DNA of 60,855 nt from Alphaproteobacteria bacterium. GTDB taxonomy: Bacteria > Pseudomonadota > Alphaproteobacteria > CAISOG01. The notes under the pieces were generated by a model. That model had not been told where the DNA came from, did no database searches, and was given only the letters and a program-made list of their open reading frames with translations. The position numbers and the translations under genes are program-made. This document shows, in pieces, positions 9,335 to 17,858 of this stretch. Positions within the stretch are counted from its first letter, which is position 1; each line of letters begins with the position of its first letter. The stretch covers positions 1 through 60,855 of the forward strand of contig JBILMH010000005.1 in assembly GCA_044375625.1 (NCBI GenBank). The letters are read 5' to 3'.

Positions 9335-9823
9335 CTAACCGCCCCCGTTCAGGCGGCGCCAGGCGATCATGTCGATGGCGGCCTGGGCGGCCTCCCACCC
9401 CTTATTAAACCCATCATCCTGCGAACGGGCGATCACCTGTTGCAGGTCGGCAACGCCGATAATTTCGTTCAGAATCGGGATGCGATGCCGCAACATCACC
9501 TCGGTCAGCCCCTGCGCGCACATATTCAGCAGCATGTCGTAATGGGCGGTTTCCCCCCGCTGAATAATGCCGAAACAGATGATGGCATCGGGTTTGGGCT
9601 GGGCACCCGCCAAATCCTGCGCCGCCAGCACCAGTTCCAGGGATCCTGGCAAAACATGCTGCGTCACCTGTTGACAGCCAGCCTCCGCCAGCAGTTGGCG
9701 GCATTTGGCAATCATGCGATCGGTATGCGGGTGGTGCCAACGGCTTTGCAGGATGGCCACCCGCGCCCCCGCAATGTTGGGCAAATCAACGGGTTTTTGA
9801 TAAGGGTGTTGCAAGCTGGCCAT
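9335..9823 (-). CDS. ribH: 6,7-dimethyl-8-ribityllumazine synthase
   Basis: PGSLEL, GIIQRGETAHYD, NKGWEAAQAAIDM; start uncertain. Confidence 0.88.
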   Translation of the reverse strand: MASLQHPYQKPVDLPNIAGARVAILQSRWHHPHTDRMIAKCRQLLAEAGCQQVTQHVLPGSLELVLAAQDLAGAQPKPDAIICFGIIQRGETAHYDMLLNMCAQGLTEVMLRHRIPILNEIIGVADLQQVIARSQDDGFNKGWEAAQAAIDMIAWRRLNGGG

Positions 9824-9876
9824 GTTTCGGTTGATATAGACGGGAATTTTCCCCACCATTTAACACTGTTGACCTT

Positions 9877-10224
9877 ATGTTGAAAACCTTTCTCCACGGC
9901 AAAATTCATCGGGCGCGCGTCACCGCGACCGAGCTGGATTATGAGGGCAGTTTAAGCGTGGATGAAGCCCTGTTGGCCGCCGCCGGCATTGCGGTGCATG
10001 AGCAGATTCATGTGGTCAATTTGCGCAACGGTGCCCGCTTTGTTACCTATGCCATCGCCGCCCCCGCCGGCAGTGGGGTAATCCAGGTCAACGGATCCGC
10101 CGCCCATTTGTGCGAACCCGATGATTTGGTTATCATCTTTGCCTATGGCTTGGTGACTGAGGCTGAGGCCGCCACCCTTACCCCCAAAGTTGTGTTTGTC
10201 GATGCCCAAAACCGCCCTGTTTAA
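9877..10224 (+). CDS. panD: Aspartate 1-decarboxylase
   Basis: KIHRARVT, YEGS autocleavage site, NGARFVTYAI, NGSAAH. Confidence 0.96.
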   Translation: MLKTFLHGKIHRARVTATELDYEGSLSVDEALLAAAGIAVHEQIHVVNLRNGARFVTYAIAAPAGSGVIQVNGSAAHLCEPDDLVIIFAYGLVTEAEAATLTPKVVFVDAQNRPV

Positions 10225-10705
10225 GCTTGCTCGCTCCCTTTTCGCCCTGGTGCCCCTACTGCTGCTGGCCGCCTGTGCCACCACCATGGGGGGGGATAGC
10301 GATGATGCGGGGTCGCCAGCGTCACTCGCGTCGCCCGCGCCCTCTACATCCCCGAGAGCCAGCCAGAATTTCAGCCGCGCCTGCGCCAAAACGGGTTCCT
10401 GCACCGGCCTGACCGGCTATCAGGTGGTGTGGAACAGCGGCACGGTGGGCGACAATGGCGGCAGCTTCACGGTCTATTGCCCCGATGGCCAGGTGGCGAT
10501 TGGCGGCGGTGGAGAGGTGGGCGGTGACGGCCTATCTTTGAGCGCCAGCAAGCCGTTGGGCGGCAATATCCAGGGTCTGTTCGGCCAGGATGGGGTGGCC
10601 AGCGGTTGGCAGGTGGTGGCCACTGGCCAGGCGAAAACGGCACAACCGACGGGGCTGCCGCTTAATCCCATCAGCGTCTATGCCTTTTGCGTCGATGGCC
10701 GTTAG
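10202..10705 (+). CDS. Hypothetical lipoprotein
   Basis: Lipobox LLAAC, Ser/Pro linker, small Cys-bounded domain CP.G..AIGGGG...W...VYAFC. Confidence 0.65.
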   Translation: MPKTALFKLARSLFALVPLLLLAACATTMGGDSDDAGSPASLASPAPSTSPRASQNFSRACAKTGSCTGLTGYQVVWNSGTVGDNGGSFTVYCPDGQVAIGGGGEVGGDGLSLSASKPLGGNIQGLFGQDGVASGWQVVATGQAKTAQPTGLPLNPISVYAFCVDGR

Positions 10706-10717
10706 GTAGATTCCGCT

Positions 10718-11716
10718 ATGTACCTCTGGACATCCAACGCAGAAAATCGGTTGCGACTAGAGATGGGATCATCTTTGGTACAGTTGGCGAGTAGCAGTTA
10801 CGGCAGCGGTCATCAATTCGCGGCTGTTGGAGTGGGCAAGGTTGCGGGGAAACCAATTTTGGTTCGTGGTGTCAACCAGAAATATGAGGCATTAGGGCAC
10901 GGCGTTTGTGCGGAGACCACCGTCATGAACGGTTTTGTCCAACAGGGTGGCATTCTGGAACGGATGTTCCTGCTGGGTCCACGGGGTGCAGGGGAAAGTT
11001 GTGGTGCCTGTTTGCAGCTGATGACCGAATACGCGCAACTTTCAGGCGGTCTTTTTCCTTGGAAATTGCCCTCTGCAAACGTTCAGATTGATTACTTTGA
11101 CAGTGACGGTGCATGGTATCAGCGCCGCGCGCTTGATAATTTGCTTCCTAGCCCGTTTCTCAACGAAAGGCGAAAAACGCTGCGGCAAAGATTGAATGAT
11201 GCCAATTTGCAGGCGGATCCTATCGCGCCTGATACCATACTGACATTGTTGAATCAGCCATCTGTACCGACCAAGCTAACGTCGACAGAGATGCCCCAAT
11301 ATTTGGCTAGATTGGCCAATGATTCAGGGCTAGAAAAACGGGCGGTGTTAGCTGGCTTGGTCACGACCGATAATCAGTTATTTGTTGGGATCCGTTTGCA
11401 TCCTGGCGGTGCTTATACGGCTCCCGCAGTACTAACAGCCTTGGCTGCTAAGGCCGCCGCAGGGTGCGTTACTCCGCTAGCGCATCTTATCCTGCTGGGC
11501 GGAGATGATCAGCCAACAGTTGAGATAAATCCTGCCCGTCAGCTGTTGCGTGCACATTTGATGCAAAATGAGAATGGGGATACTTGGGAAGATTTGCCTG
11601 TCGATCTCTATAACCGCTCTGGCGAGATGCTGAAAAGCTATACCTTGGCGACCCTGCCAGTGATGTTTGATGACGACATTCATCGTTTTATTTTAAAAAT
11701 TGGGCTGACACAATGA
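10718..11716 (+). CDS. Cytidine deaminase-like protein with two deaminase-fold domains
   Basis: N-domain CAE and SCGAC Zn motifs and LLPSPF; C-domain lacks the Cys ligands; lower GC than flanks. Confidence 0.65.
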   Translation: MYLWTSNAENRLRLEMGSSLVQLASSSYGSGHQFAAVGVGKVAGKPILVRGVNQKYEALGHGVCAETTVMNGFVQQGGILERMFLLGPRGAGESCGACLQLMTEYAQLSGGLFPWKLPSANVQIDYFDSDGAWYQRRALDNLLPSPFLNERRKTLRQRLNDANLQADPIAPDTILTLLNQPSVPTKLTSTEMPQYLARLANDSGLEKRAVLAGLVTTDNQLFVGIRLHPGGAYTAPAVLTALAAKAAAGCVTPLAHLILLGGDDQPTVEINPARQLLRAHLMQNENGDTWEDLPVDLYNRSGEMLKSYTLATLPVMFDDDIHRFILKIGLTQ

Positions 11717-11741
11717 CCGCTTTTTGTGTAAGGCTCTATCC

Positions 11742-13124
11742 ATGACCCAATCCCCCCTTCTCACCAATCCCAAGCTGTTCGGCACCGATGGCGTGCGCGG
11801 ACGGGCAAATCAGGCGCCAATGACCGCCACCATCGCCACCCGTATCGCCATGGCGGCGGGCAGCATTGGGCATCAACCTGGCCGACGGCGGCTGGCGGTG
11901 GTGGGTAAGGATACCCGACGGTCGGGTTATATGTTAGAGGCGGCGATGACCGCGGGCTTTACCAGCGTTGGCATGGATGTGGTGCTGGTGGGTCCCGTGC
12001 CAACCCCCGCGATTGGCTTTTTGGTGCGTTCCCTGCGGGCGGATATGGGGGTGATGATCACCGCATCCCACAACCCCTATCACGACAACGGCATCAAAAT
12101 TTTTGCCCCCGATGGCCATAAATTAAGCGATGAGCAGGAGGCGGCGATTGAACGGTTGGTGGCGGGCGATGATTTCCCCCTGGCCAGCGATGATCAGATT
12201 GGCAAGGCGCAACGGTTGGATGACGTGGCGGGACGCTACATCGAATTTATCAAATCGCATTTTCCCGCCGATTTAACCCTGGATGGCATGCGAATCGCCC
12301 TGGATTGCGCCAACGGGGCGGCCTATAAAATTGCCCCGACGGTGCTGCGCGAATTGGGGGCTGAGGTGGTGGCGATAGGGGTTGATCCGAACGGGATGAA
12401 CATCAACGATCGCCTGGGCGCAACCAACCCCGCCCGCCTGCGCCAAACCGTGGTGGAACAGCGCGCCGCCATCGGCCTGGCGCTGGATGGGGATGGCGAT
12501 CGGCTGGTGGTGGTGGATGAACGAGGCAATGTGGTCGATGGTGACCACCTGCTGGGCGCGTTGGCGATCGGCATGCATCAGTTGGGGCAGTTGCAGGGGG
12601 ACGGGGTGGCCTTTACCGTTATGTCCAACCTGGGGCTGGAGCGGTGGTTGACCAGCCAGGGGATTCAATCTTTCCGCACCCCCGTCGGCGATCGCAAGGT
12701 GATGGCCAGCCTGCGTCAGCATGAATTGAGCTTTGGGGGGGAGCAGTCGGGACACCTGCTGTTCCCGCAAAAGGCCACCTGCGGCGATGGGTTGTTGGCG
12801 GGGTTGCAACTGTTGGCATTGCTGCTGCGTTGGAAACAGCCGACCAGCGCGCTTAGCCAGCTGTTCCCCTTGTGGCCGCAGCGGCAGGCCAACCTGCCAC
12901 TGACCGATCCCACCCTGCTGACCCAGCCAGCGGTGGTCAGCGCGATTGCGGCGATTGAGGCGGAGTTGGGGGAGCATGGTCGCCTGCTGGTGCGGCCATC
13001 GGGCACCGAACCGCTGATCCGCCTGTTGGTGGAGGGGGAGGATCTGGGGCAGGTCAATCGGGTGATTGAGCAGTTAACCGCGCTGCTGACACCCGTGCCT
13101 ATCTCAGCTACGTTTGCCCAATAG
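11742..13124 (+). CDS. glmM: Phosphoglucosamine mutase
   Basis: FGTDGVRG, GKDTRRSGY, TASHNP, DGDGDR, GGEQSGH, RPSGTEP. Confidence 0.97.
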   Translation: MTQSPLLTNPKLFGTDGVRGRANQAPMTATIATRIAMAAGSIGHQPGRRRLAVVGKDTRRSGYMLEAAMTAGFTSVGMDVVLVGPVPTPAIGFLVRSLRADMGVMITASHNPYHDNGIKIFAPDGHKLSDEQEAAIERLVAGDDFPLASDDQIGKAQRLDDVAGRYIEFIKSHFPADLTLDGMRIALDCANGAAYKIAPTVLRELGAEVVAIGVDPNGMNINDRLGATNPARLRQTVVEQRAAIGLALDGDGDRLVVVDERGNVVDGDHLLGALAIGMHQLGQLQGDGVAFTVMSNLGLERWLTSQGIQSFRTPVGDRKVMASLRQHELSFGGEQSGHLLFPQKATCGDGLLAGLQLLALLLRWKQPTSALSQLFPLWPQRQANLPLTDPTLLTQPAVVSAIAAIEAELGEHGRLLVRPSGTEPLIRLLVEGEDLGQVNRVIEQLTALLTPVPISATFAQ

Positions 13125-13172
13125 TGGCCTGTGGCCGATTGCCAGCCCAGATCTAAAATTAAGCGCAAAGCC

Positions 13173-13754
13173 TCAAGACGATGATAGGCGACCCTTTAGC
13201 TTTTCAACAAAACGCCCCATATGAGGGTCTGATTTTGCATAAGGAATGTCGTCAAAATGAAACCAGCGAACATCATGAAATTCACTCTCATCAAAGCTGT
13301 AGGTTTGATGACTATCCCCCCTAAGCACATACCACAAACTGACGTCTGTATGACCCGCCGTTAAGCCAACTGTTATTGTAGAGGTTAAAAAGAGAGGATT
13401 TGGCGACCAAAAATCGGCCTGCAATCTCAGTTCTTCTTGACATTCTCTTTCAACAGTAATTTTTGGATCTTCATCTATTTCTACATGCCCTCCGGTTGGA
13501 AGCCAAAGCAGTGCTTTTTTATGATCGACCAGCAAGATTTTTTGATGAACTTCGTCAAAAAGCACAAAATACGAAACCAAGTGCCTGATTGGAACATTAG
13601 GTTTTTTGATACGAAAAATAGGCGCACCACTTTCAATCCAAAGACGTGCATCCGTAATTTGCTCTTGTTCAATATCATCATAGGGCACAATGTTGGTAAC
13701 AAGATGATGAATATGTTTTCGAATAAATCTATTTTTCACAGCAAGGTTATTCAT
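13173..13754 (-). CDS. NUDIX hydrolase (AT-rich)
   Basis: Nudix-like box GGHVEIDEDPKITVERECQEEL; HTDVSLWY. Confidence 0.85.
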   Translation of the reverse strand: MNNLAVKNRFIRKHIHHLVTNIVPYDDIEQEQITDARLWIESGAPIFRIKKPNVPIRHLVSYFVLFDEVHQKILLVDHKKALLWLPTGGHVEIDEDPKITVERECQEELRLQADFWSPNPLFLTSTITVGLTAGHTDVSLWYVLRGDSHQTYSFDESEFHDVRWFHFDDIPYAKSDPHMGRFVEKLKGRLSSS

Positions 13755-13844
13755 TTCATCAAGCTCAAAAATTCTTTAAGAAAACTTATTTTTTATAGCA
13801 TGTCCGCGTCCGATCAAAGGGAAAATATCTCCAAATGGACAACC

Positions 13845-14606
13845 TCAGACCTCTACCCCCTGCAAATGCCGTTTAAGCTGTTGGTAGGCGCCGTTGATGT
13901 TCTTCATGACGTCGTCAGCCCCCGCTGGCGGCTCATTTGACCCGGTGCCGCTGGCTGTTCCTGCCGCTGTAGCCACCACATCGGGGTGATACTGCTTAAC
14001 CAGCTGGCGATAGCGTTGCTTAAGCTGTTGCGCCGAAAATGGATAGGGCAGGTTGAACAGCGCCAACGCGCTTCGCAAATGGCGCGGCGGGGTCATGCCA
14101 TGCAGCTGCGCCATGGTGGCCGCATCGGCCGCCGCCCTGTTTTGCCCGCCGGCTTGACCCGAACTTTTTCCCGATCCTTGACCCGCTGTTTGCCCCGCCC
14201 GCCCATCGGCATGCGCCTGAAAAAACTGTGGCGCAAACTCGGTCAGGCCAATTTCGTCCAACAATTGCCGTTCCGAATCGTGCCAGCCGCGAAAGCTTTG
14301 GCCAGGGCGCCAGGTTGGCCGCCGCCAGGTCATGTCGGCCTTGCGATGCTCCTCCAACAGCTCATCGCCCAGCCCGTCAAAATAGTTCCATTTGGTGTTA
14401 TAGCTTTTGATATGTTCCAGGCAGAACCAACGGTATTGGCGCAGTTGGTGGCGGGATCGCGGCGCGGGATAATCGCCCGCCGCCGTGCAATCGGGATGTT
14501 CACAACCGCGGGCGGGTGCCTCACCCCGCTCCTGTCCCTGCCCCTTGCCAGGCTTAGCGTCTGCGGTTGACCCCAAATCGAGCCAGGGGTTACGGGGGCG
14601 CACCAT
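13845..14606 (-). CDS. J-domain (DnaJ-family) protein with C-terminal J domain
   Basis: N-terminal C..P.C...WFCLEH..YN..WNYF and C-terminal YRQLVKQYHPD. Confidence 0.88.
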   Translation of the reverse strand: MVRPRNPWLDLGSTADAKPGKGQGQERGEAPARGCEHPDCTAAGDYPAPRSRHQLRQYRWFCLEHIKSYNTKWNYFDGLGDELLEEHRKADMTWRRPTWRPGQSFRGWHDSERQLLDEIGLTEFAPQFFQAHADGRAGQTAGQGSGKSSGQAGGQNRAAADAATMAQLHGMTPPRHLRSALALFNLPYPFSAQQLKQRYRQLVKQYHPDVVATAAGTASGTGSNEPPAGADDVMKNINGAYQQLKRHLQGVEV

Positions 14607-14635
14607 ATTCCATTTTCCTTCCGACTTTGTCAGAT

Positions 14636-14754
14636 TATAATCGTTTCAATTTAGAAGGCTACAGCATGCGAAATTTCGGTTGGGTGCATAAGCCCCGTAT
14701 CGCAGCCATCCTGTTCGTTGCAGCACTGCAGCCTTTTAAAGTGGAATGATTATA
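14636..14754. repeat. RPE/MITE-like palindromic element (short copy)
   Basis: Imperfect 25-bp terminal inverted repeats TATAATCGTTTCAATTTAGAAGGCT / AGCCTTTTAAAGTGGAATGATTATA. Confidence 0.8.
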
Positions 14755-14803
14755 GCGCAAGCTGATGAAATTTTGACAATTGCCCACCGCCTTTTTACCC
14801 CCC

Positions 14804-14982
14804 TATAGTTGTTCCAATTTAGAAATATACAGCCTGCGAAAATGTTACGAGGTCGAGAAACGGAGCGGCTGGGCGCGCCATAGCGTAGCGACGGCGGGAG
14901 TGTACATGGACGTACATGAGCACCGTATCGCAGAGATCGTGACATTTGCAGCACTGGAGATTTTTAAAGTGGAATGACTATA
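14804..14982. repeat. RPE/MITE-like palindromic element with an internal ~30-bp insertion
   Basis: Nearly identical to 43547-43694 apart from extra CTGGGCGCGCCATAGCGTAGCGACGGCGGG; TATA ends. Confidence 0.85.
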
Positions 14983-15002
14983 ATTTTTTGAGATAAAACC
15001 CT

Positions 15003-15338
15003 ATGCCCGATTCACCCACCGCCACTCAGCCGCAGCCAGCCAGCCGTCAACAGCGAATCCACGCCACCCTGCACGCTGCCTTTGCCCCCAGCCATTTGGA
15101 ACTGATCGACGAATCGGCGCAACATGCGGGGCATCAGGGGGTTAGGGAGGCTGGCCATGATGGGGGCGAAAGCCATTTTGCCCTGCGCATCGCCGCCGCC
15201 AGCCTGCAAAACCTATCCCGCCTGGAACAGCATCGCCGCATCAACCAGGCCGTCGCGGCCGAGTTTGCCAGCGGCCTGCACGCCCTGCGCATCACCGTGT
15301 TGCGGGATGAAAAACCGTCTACTACCATCAACCCTTAG
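15003..15338 (+). CDS. bolA: BolA family protein
   Basis: DESAQHAGH, GESHF, HRRIN, GLHALRI. Confidence 0.9.
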   Translation: MPDSPTATQPQPASRQQRIHATLHAAFAPSHLELIDESAQHAGHQGVREAGHDGGESHFALRIAAASLQNLSRLEQHRRINQAVAAEFASGLHALRITVLRDEKPSTTINP

Positions 15339-15351
15339 GAAATAATCGCCG

Positions 15352-16911
15352 ATGTTATCCAGCAAGATTGATCTGAATCCTGATTTTCAACAGGCCATTG
15401 ACCTGATGGAACATGGCCGCCAAAGCCTGTTCATTACGGGTAAGGCGGGCACCGGAAAATCAACCTTGCTGTCTTATTTCTGTGCCAACACGACAAAAGA
15501 ACCAGTGGTGTTGGCACCGACGGGGGTGGCCGCACTGAATGTTAAGGGGCAAACGATTCACAAATTCTTTGGATTCTCCATTGATGTGACCCGCGAAAAA
15601 ATTGAGGCGGGCGAATTTAAGCCCAAAAGCGCCAAGCTTTACAAAAAACTGGCGCTGATTGTTATCGATGAAGTGTCGATGTTGCGCGCCGATTTGTTGG
15701 ACTGCATCGATATGTTTTTGCGGCTTTATGGCCCCGAAGCTAAGCAGCCTTTTGGTGGGGTCAAGATGATTTTTATTGGCGATCTTTACCAACTGCCCCC
15801 CGTGGTTTCGCCCGCTGAGCGGGAAATGTTTTCCACCACCTACCAAACCCCCTATTTCTTCAGCGCCCACGCCCTGAAACATCTTGATCTTGAGTTGATC
15901 GAGCTGGAAAAAGTCTATCGCCAAAAGGATCCCGCCTTTGTTGAGCTGTTGAATCGCATTCGCAACAATTCTGTTGAAGATGACGATATTGTTCAGTTAA
16001 ACCAACGGTTTCAGCCCAACTACACCGCGCCCGAAAAGGTCTTTACGATTCATCTGACCACCACCAACCAACGGGCGGATGAAATCAACGACGCGCATTT
16101 GGATGGATTAACAGGAAAGATGCATCACGCCTCCGCCGGCATAAAGGGTGACTTTGGCAAAGAATACTACCCTACCGCGACCGATTTACGCTTTAAGGCG
16201 GGGTCACAAATCATGATGGTCAGCAATGATCAAAGTCGTCGTTGGGTTAATGGCAGCATCGGTGTCATCGAATCCCTGCAAAAAGATGAGGATGGATACC
16301 CCTGTTTATCGGTACGGTTGCAGGGGCAGGATGAGGCGGTAACGGTGTATCCCTTTACCTGGGAAATTTACCGCTTTGCTGTTGAGGGTGGCAAGATTGT
16401 TTCGGAACCCATGGGCAGCTTTACGCAGTTCCCCTTTCGCTTGGCCTGGGCGGTGACCATTCACAAAAGCCAGGGCAAAACCTTTGACCATGTGGTGATT
16501 GACCTTGGCCGCGGCACCTTTGTTGCGGGTCAATTGTATGTCGCGCTAAGCCGTTGCACCTCCTTTGAGGGGATTGTGTTGAAAACCCCAATCCGCAAGC
16601 AACATATTCGTACCGACTTTCGGATCTATAAATTTCTAACGGGCTATCATTATCGCAAGTCAGAGGCCGCCCTATCCCTGCAAGACAAGGTAAAATTGAT
16701 TGGCCAGGCGATTGCAGAAGGCAAAAACTTGGGGCTAACCTATCTTAAAGCCAACGATACCAAGTCGGAACGGGTGGTGACCCCCCTGACCGTTGGCAAA
16801 GAAACCTATAAGGGCGCGGAGTATTTGGGCGTGAAGGCCTATTGCACCAAACGCCATGAGGAACGGATGTTTCGGGTCGATAGAATCCTGACCATGCAGC
16901 TGCTGTCCTGA
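15352..16911 (+). CDS. Pif1-like SF1B helicase with C-terminal WYL domain
   Basis: GKAGTGKS, APTGVAA, DEVSM, GDLYQLPPV, TIHKSQG, YVALSR; tail Y...SERVVTP...AYCTKRHEERMFRVDRI. Confidence 0.88.
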   Translation: MLSSKIDLNPDFQQAIDLMEHGRQSLFITGKAGTGKSTLLSYFCANTTKEPVVLAPTGVAALNVKGQTIHKFFGFSIDVTREKIEAGEFKPKSAKLYKKLALIVIDEVSMLRADLLDCIDMFLRLYGPEAKQPFGGVKMIFIGDLYQLPPVVSPAEREMFSTTYQTPYFFSAHALKHLDLELIELEKVYRQKDPAFVELLNRIRNNSVEDDDIVQLNQRFQPNYTAPEKVFTIHLTTTNQRADEINDAHLDGLTGKMHHASAGIKGDFGKEYYPTATDLRFKAGSQIMMVSNDQSRRWVNGSIGVIESLQKDEDGYPCLSVRLQGQDEAVTVYPFTWEIYRFAVEGGKIVSEPMGSFTQFPFRLAWAVTIHKSQGKTFDHVVIDLGRGTFVAGQLYVALSRCTSFEGIVLKTPIRKQHIRTDFRIYKFLTGYHYRKSEAALSLQDKVKLIGQAIAEGKNLGLTYLKANDTKSERVVTPLTVGKETYKGAEYLGVKAYCTKRHEERMFRVDRILTMQLLS

Positions 16912-17008
16912 TACCAACCTGTGAAAGGGCTTTTTGAATGGCGGCTGGGGATAAAAATAATGGATGCGCCCGCCGCCAAGCTCTGCTAAACTGCCCGCCT
17001 GAATAGAT

Positions 17009-17096
17009 GGAGAGGTGGCCGAGTGGTCGATGGCGCACGCCTGGAAAGTGTGTATACCGAAAGGTATCGCGGGTTCGAATCCCGCTCTCTCCTCCA
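17009..17096 (+). tRNA. tRNA-Ser(GGA)
   Basis: Acceptor GGAGAGG/TCTCTCC, anticodon arm CACGC-CTGGAAA-GTGTG, long variable arm, encoded CCA. Confidence 0.97.
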
Positions 17097-17157
17097 TCCC
17101 CCGATGCCAAGGCATCCAAAGGCAGCCAGAAAACTGGGGATTCTGGCTATTCCAGGA

Positions 17158-17499
17158 TTAAAAATCCAGCTGGGTTTCATCAATGCCAAAAGCCTGCGCG
17201 ATTCTTTGGCGGCTGGATTTGCGGATGGTTTTTTTGCTCTCAAGCTGGGCATAGGATCCCTGGGTAATGCCCATGCGGGTGGCAACATCGGTTTGGGTAA
17301 GCTCAAGATACTCCCGCCAGGCACGGGCAGCCGACCAATCATGCGCCAGCGCCCTATCCACCACCTCAAGCGGGATGGCGGGCTCCGCCCTAGGCTTGTT
17401 ATGAATCAACGCTTGGTATTCGGCAAAGGGCAACACGGCAAAGGCAGGCTGGCCAGCGTTGTCACGCAGAATTTGTACAGTATCAGTAAGTGTGTTCAT
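17158..17499 (-). CDS. XRE-family HTH antitoxin (HigA-like)
   Basis: RAWREYLELTQTDVATRMGITQGSYAQLE; ATG 17499 overlaps the toxin 3' end. Confidence 0.85.
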   Translation of the reverse strand: MNTLTDTVQILRDNAGQPAFAVLPFAEYQALIHNKPRAEPAIPLEVVDRALAHDWSAARAWREYLELTQTDVATRMGITQGSYAQLESKKTIRKSSRQRIAQAFGIDETQLDF

Positions 17500-17737
17500 C
17501 ACGTTTCTTAACCTCCTCGATTGAGACGATGCGAACAACACCGTCAAAATTGAAAAAAACTCGAAAATTACCAACGCGCAGACGGTACTGATAGTCGTGA
17601 TTGCTAAGGGCTTTGACGTTGATGCAGTTGGGCATGTCAGCAAGGCTGTAGCACGCCGCAACAATGGCTTTACTGTCTTCGCCCTGCAACTTACGCAACT
17701 GTTTGGCGGCCTTGCGGGTAATCTCGACCTTGTTCAT
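17483..17737 (-). CDS. RelE/ParE-family toxin
   Basis: 84 aa; AAKQLRKL, VKAL, YRLRVGNFRVFF; lies upstream of the antitoxin. Confidence 0.88.
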   Translation of the reverse strand: MNKVEITRKAAKQLRKLQGEDSKAIVAACYSLADMPNCINVKALSNHDYQYRLRVGNFRVFFNFDGVVRIVSIEEVKKRDEHTY

Positions 17738-17744
17738 AGGTCTT

Positions 17745-17772
17745 ATTATGGGTTATTTATTGGATTTGTCAA
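17745..17772 (-). promoter_or_regulatory. Putative sigma70 promoter of the TA operon, probably leaderless
   Basis: TTGACA-N16-CATAAT, with the -10 box 7 nt upstream of the toxin ATG. Confidence 0.6.
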
Positions 17773-17819
17773 CAGTTTTCTAATAATTGGGAGCAGAGGT
17801 AAGGGGAGGGATCACCGTT

Positions 17820-17858
17820 TCTATACCTCAGAGTCTATACCTCAGAGTCTATACCTCA
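17820..17858. repeat. 14-bp tandem repeat (about 2.8 copies) over the hisD stop codon
   Basis: TCTATACCTCAGAG repeated twice plus a partial third copy. Confidence 0.9.
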
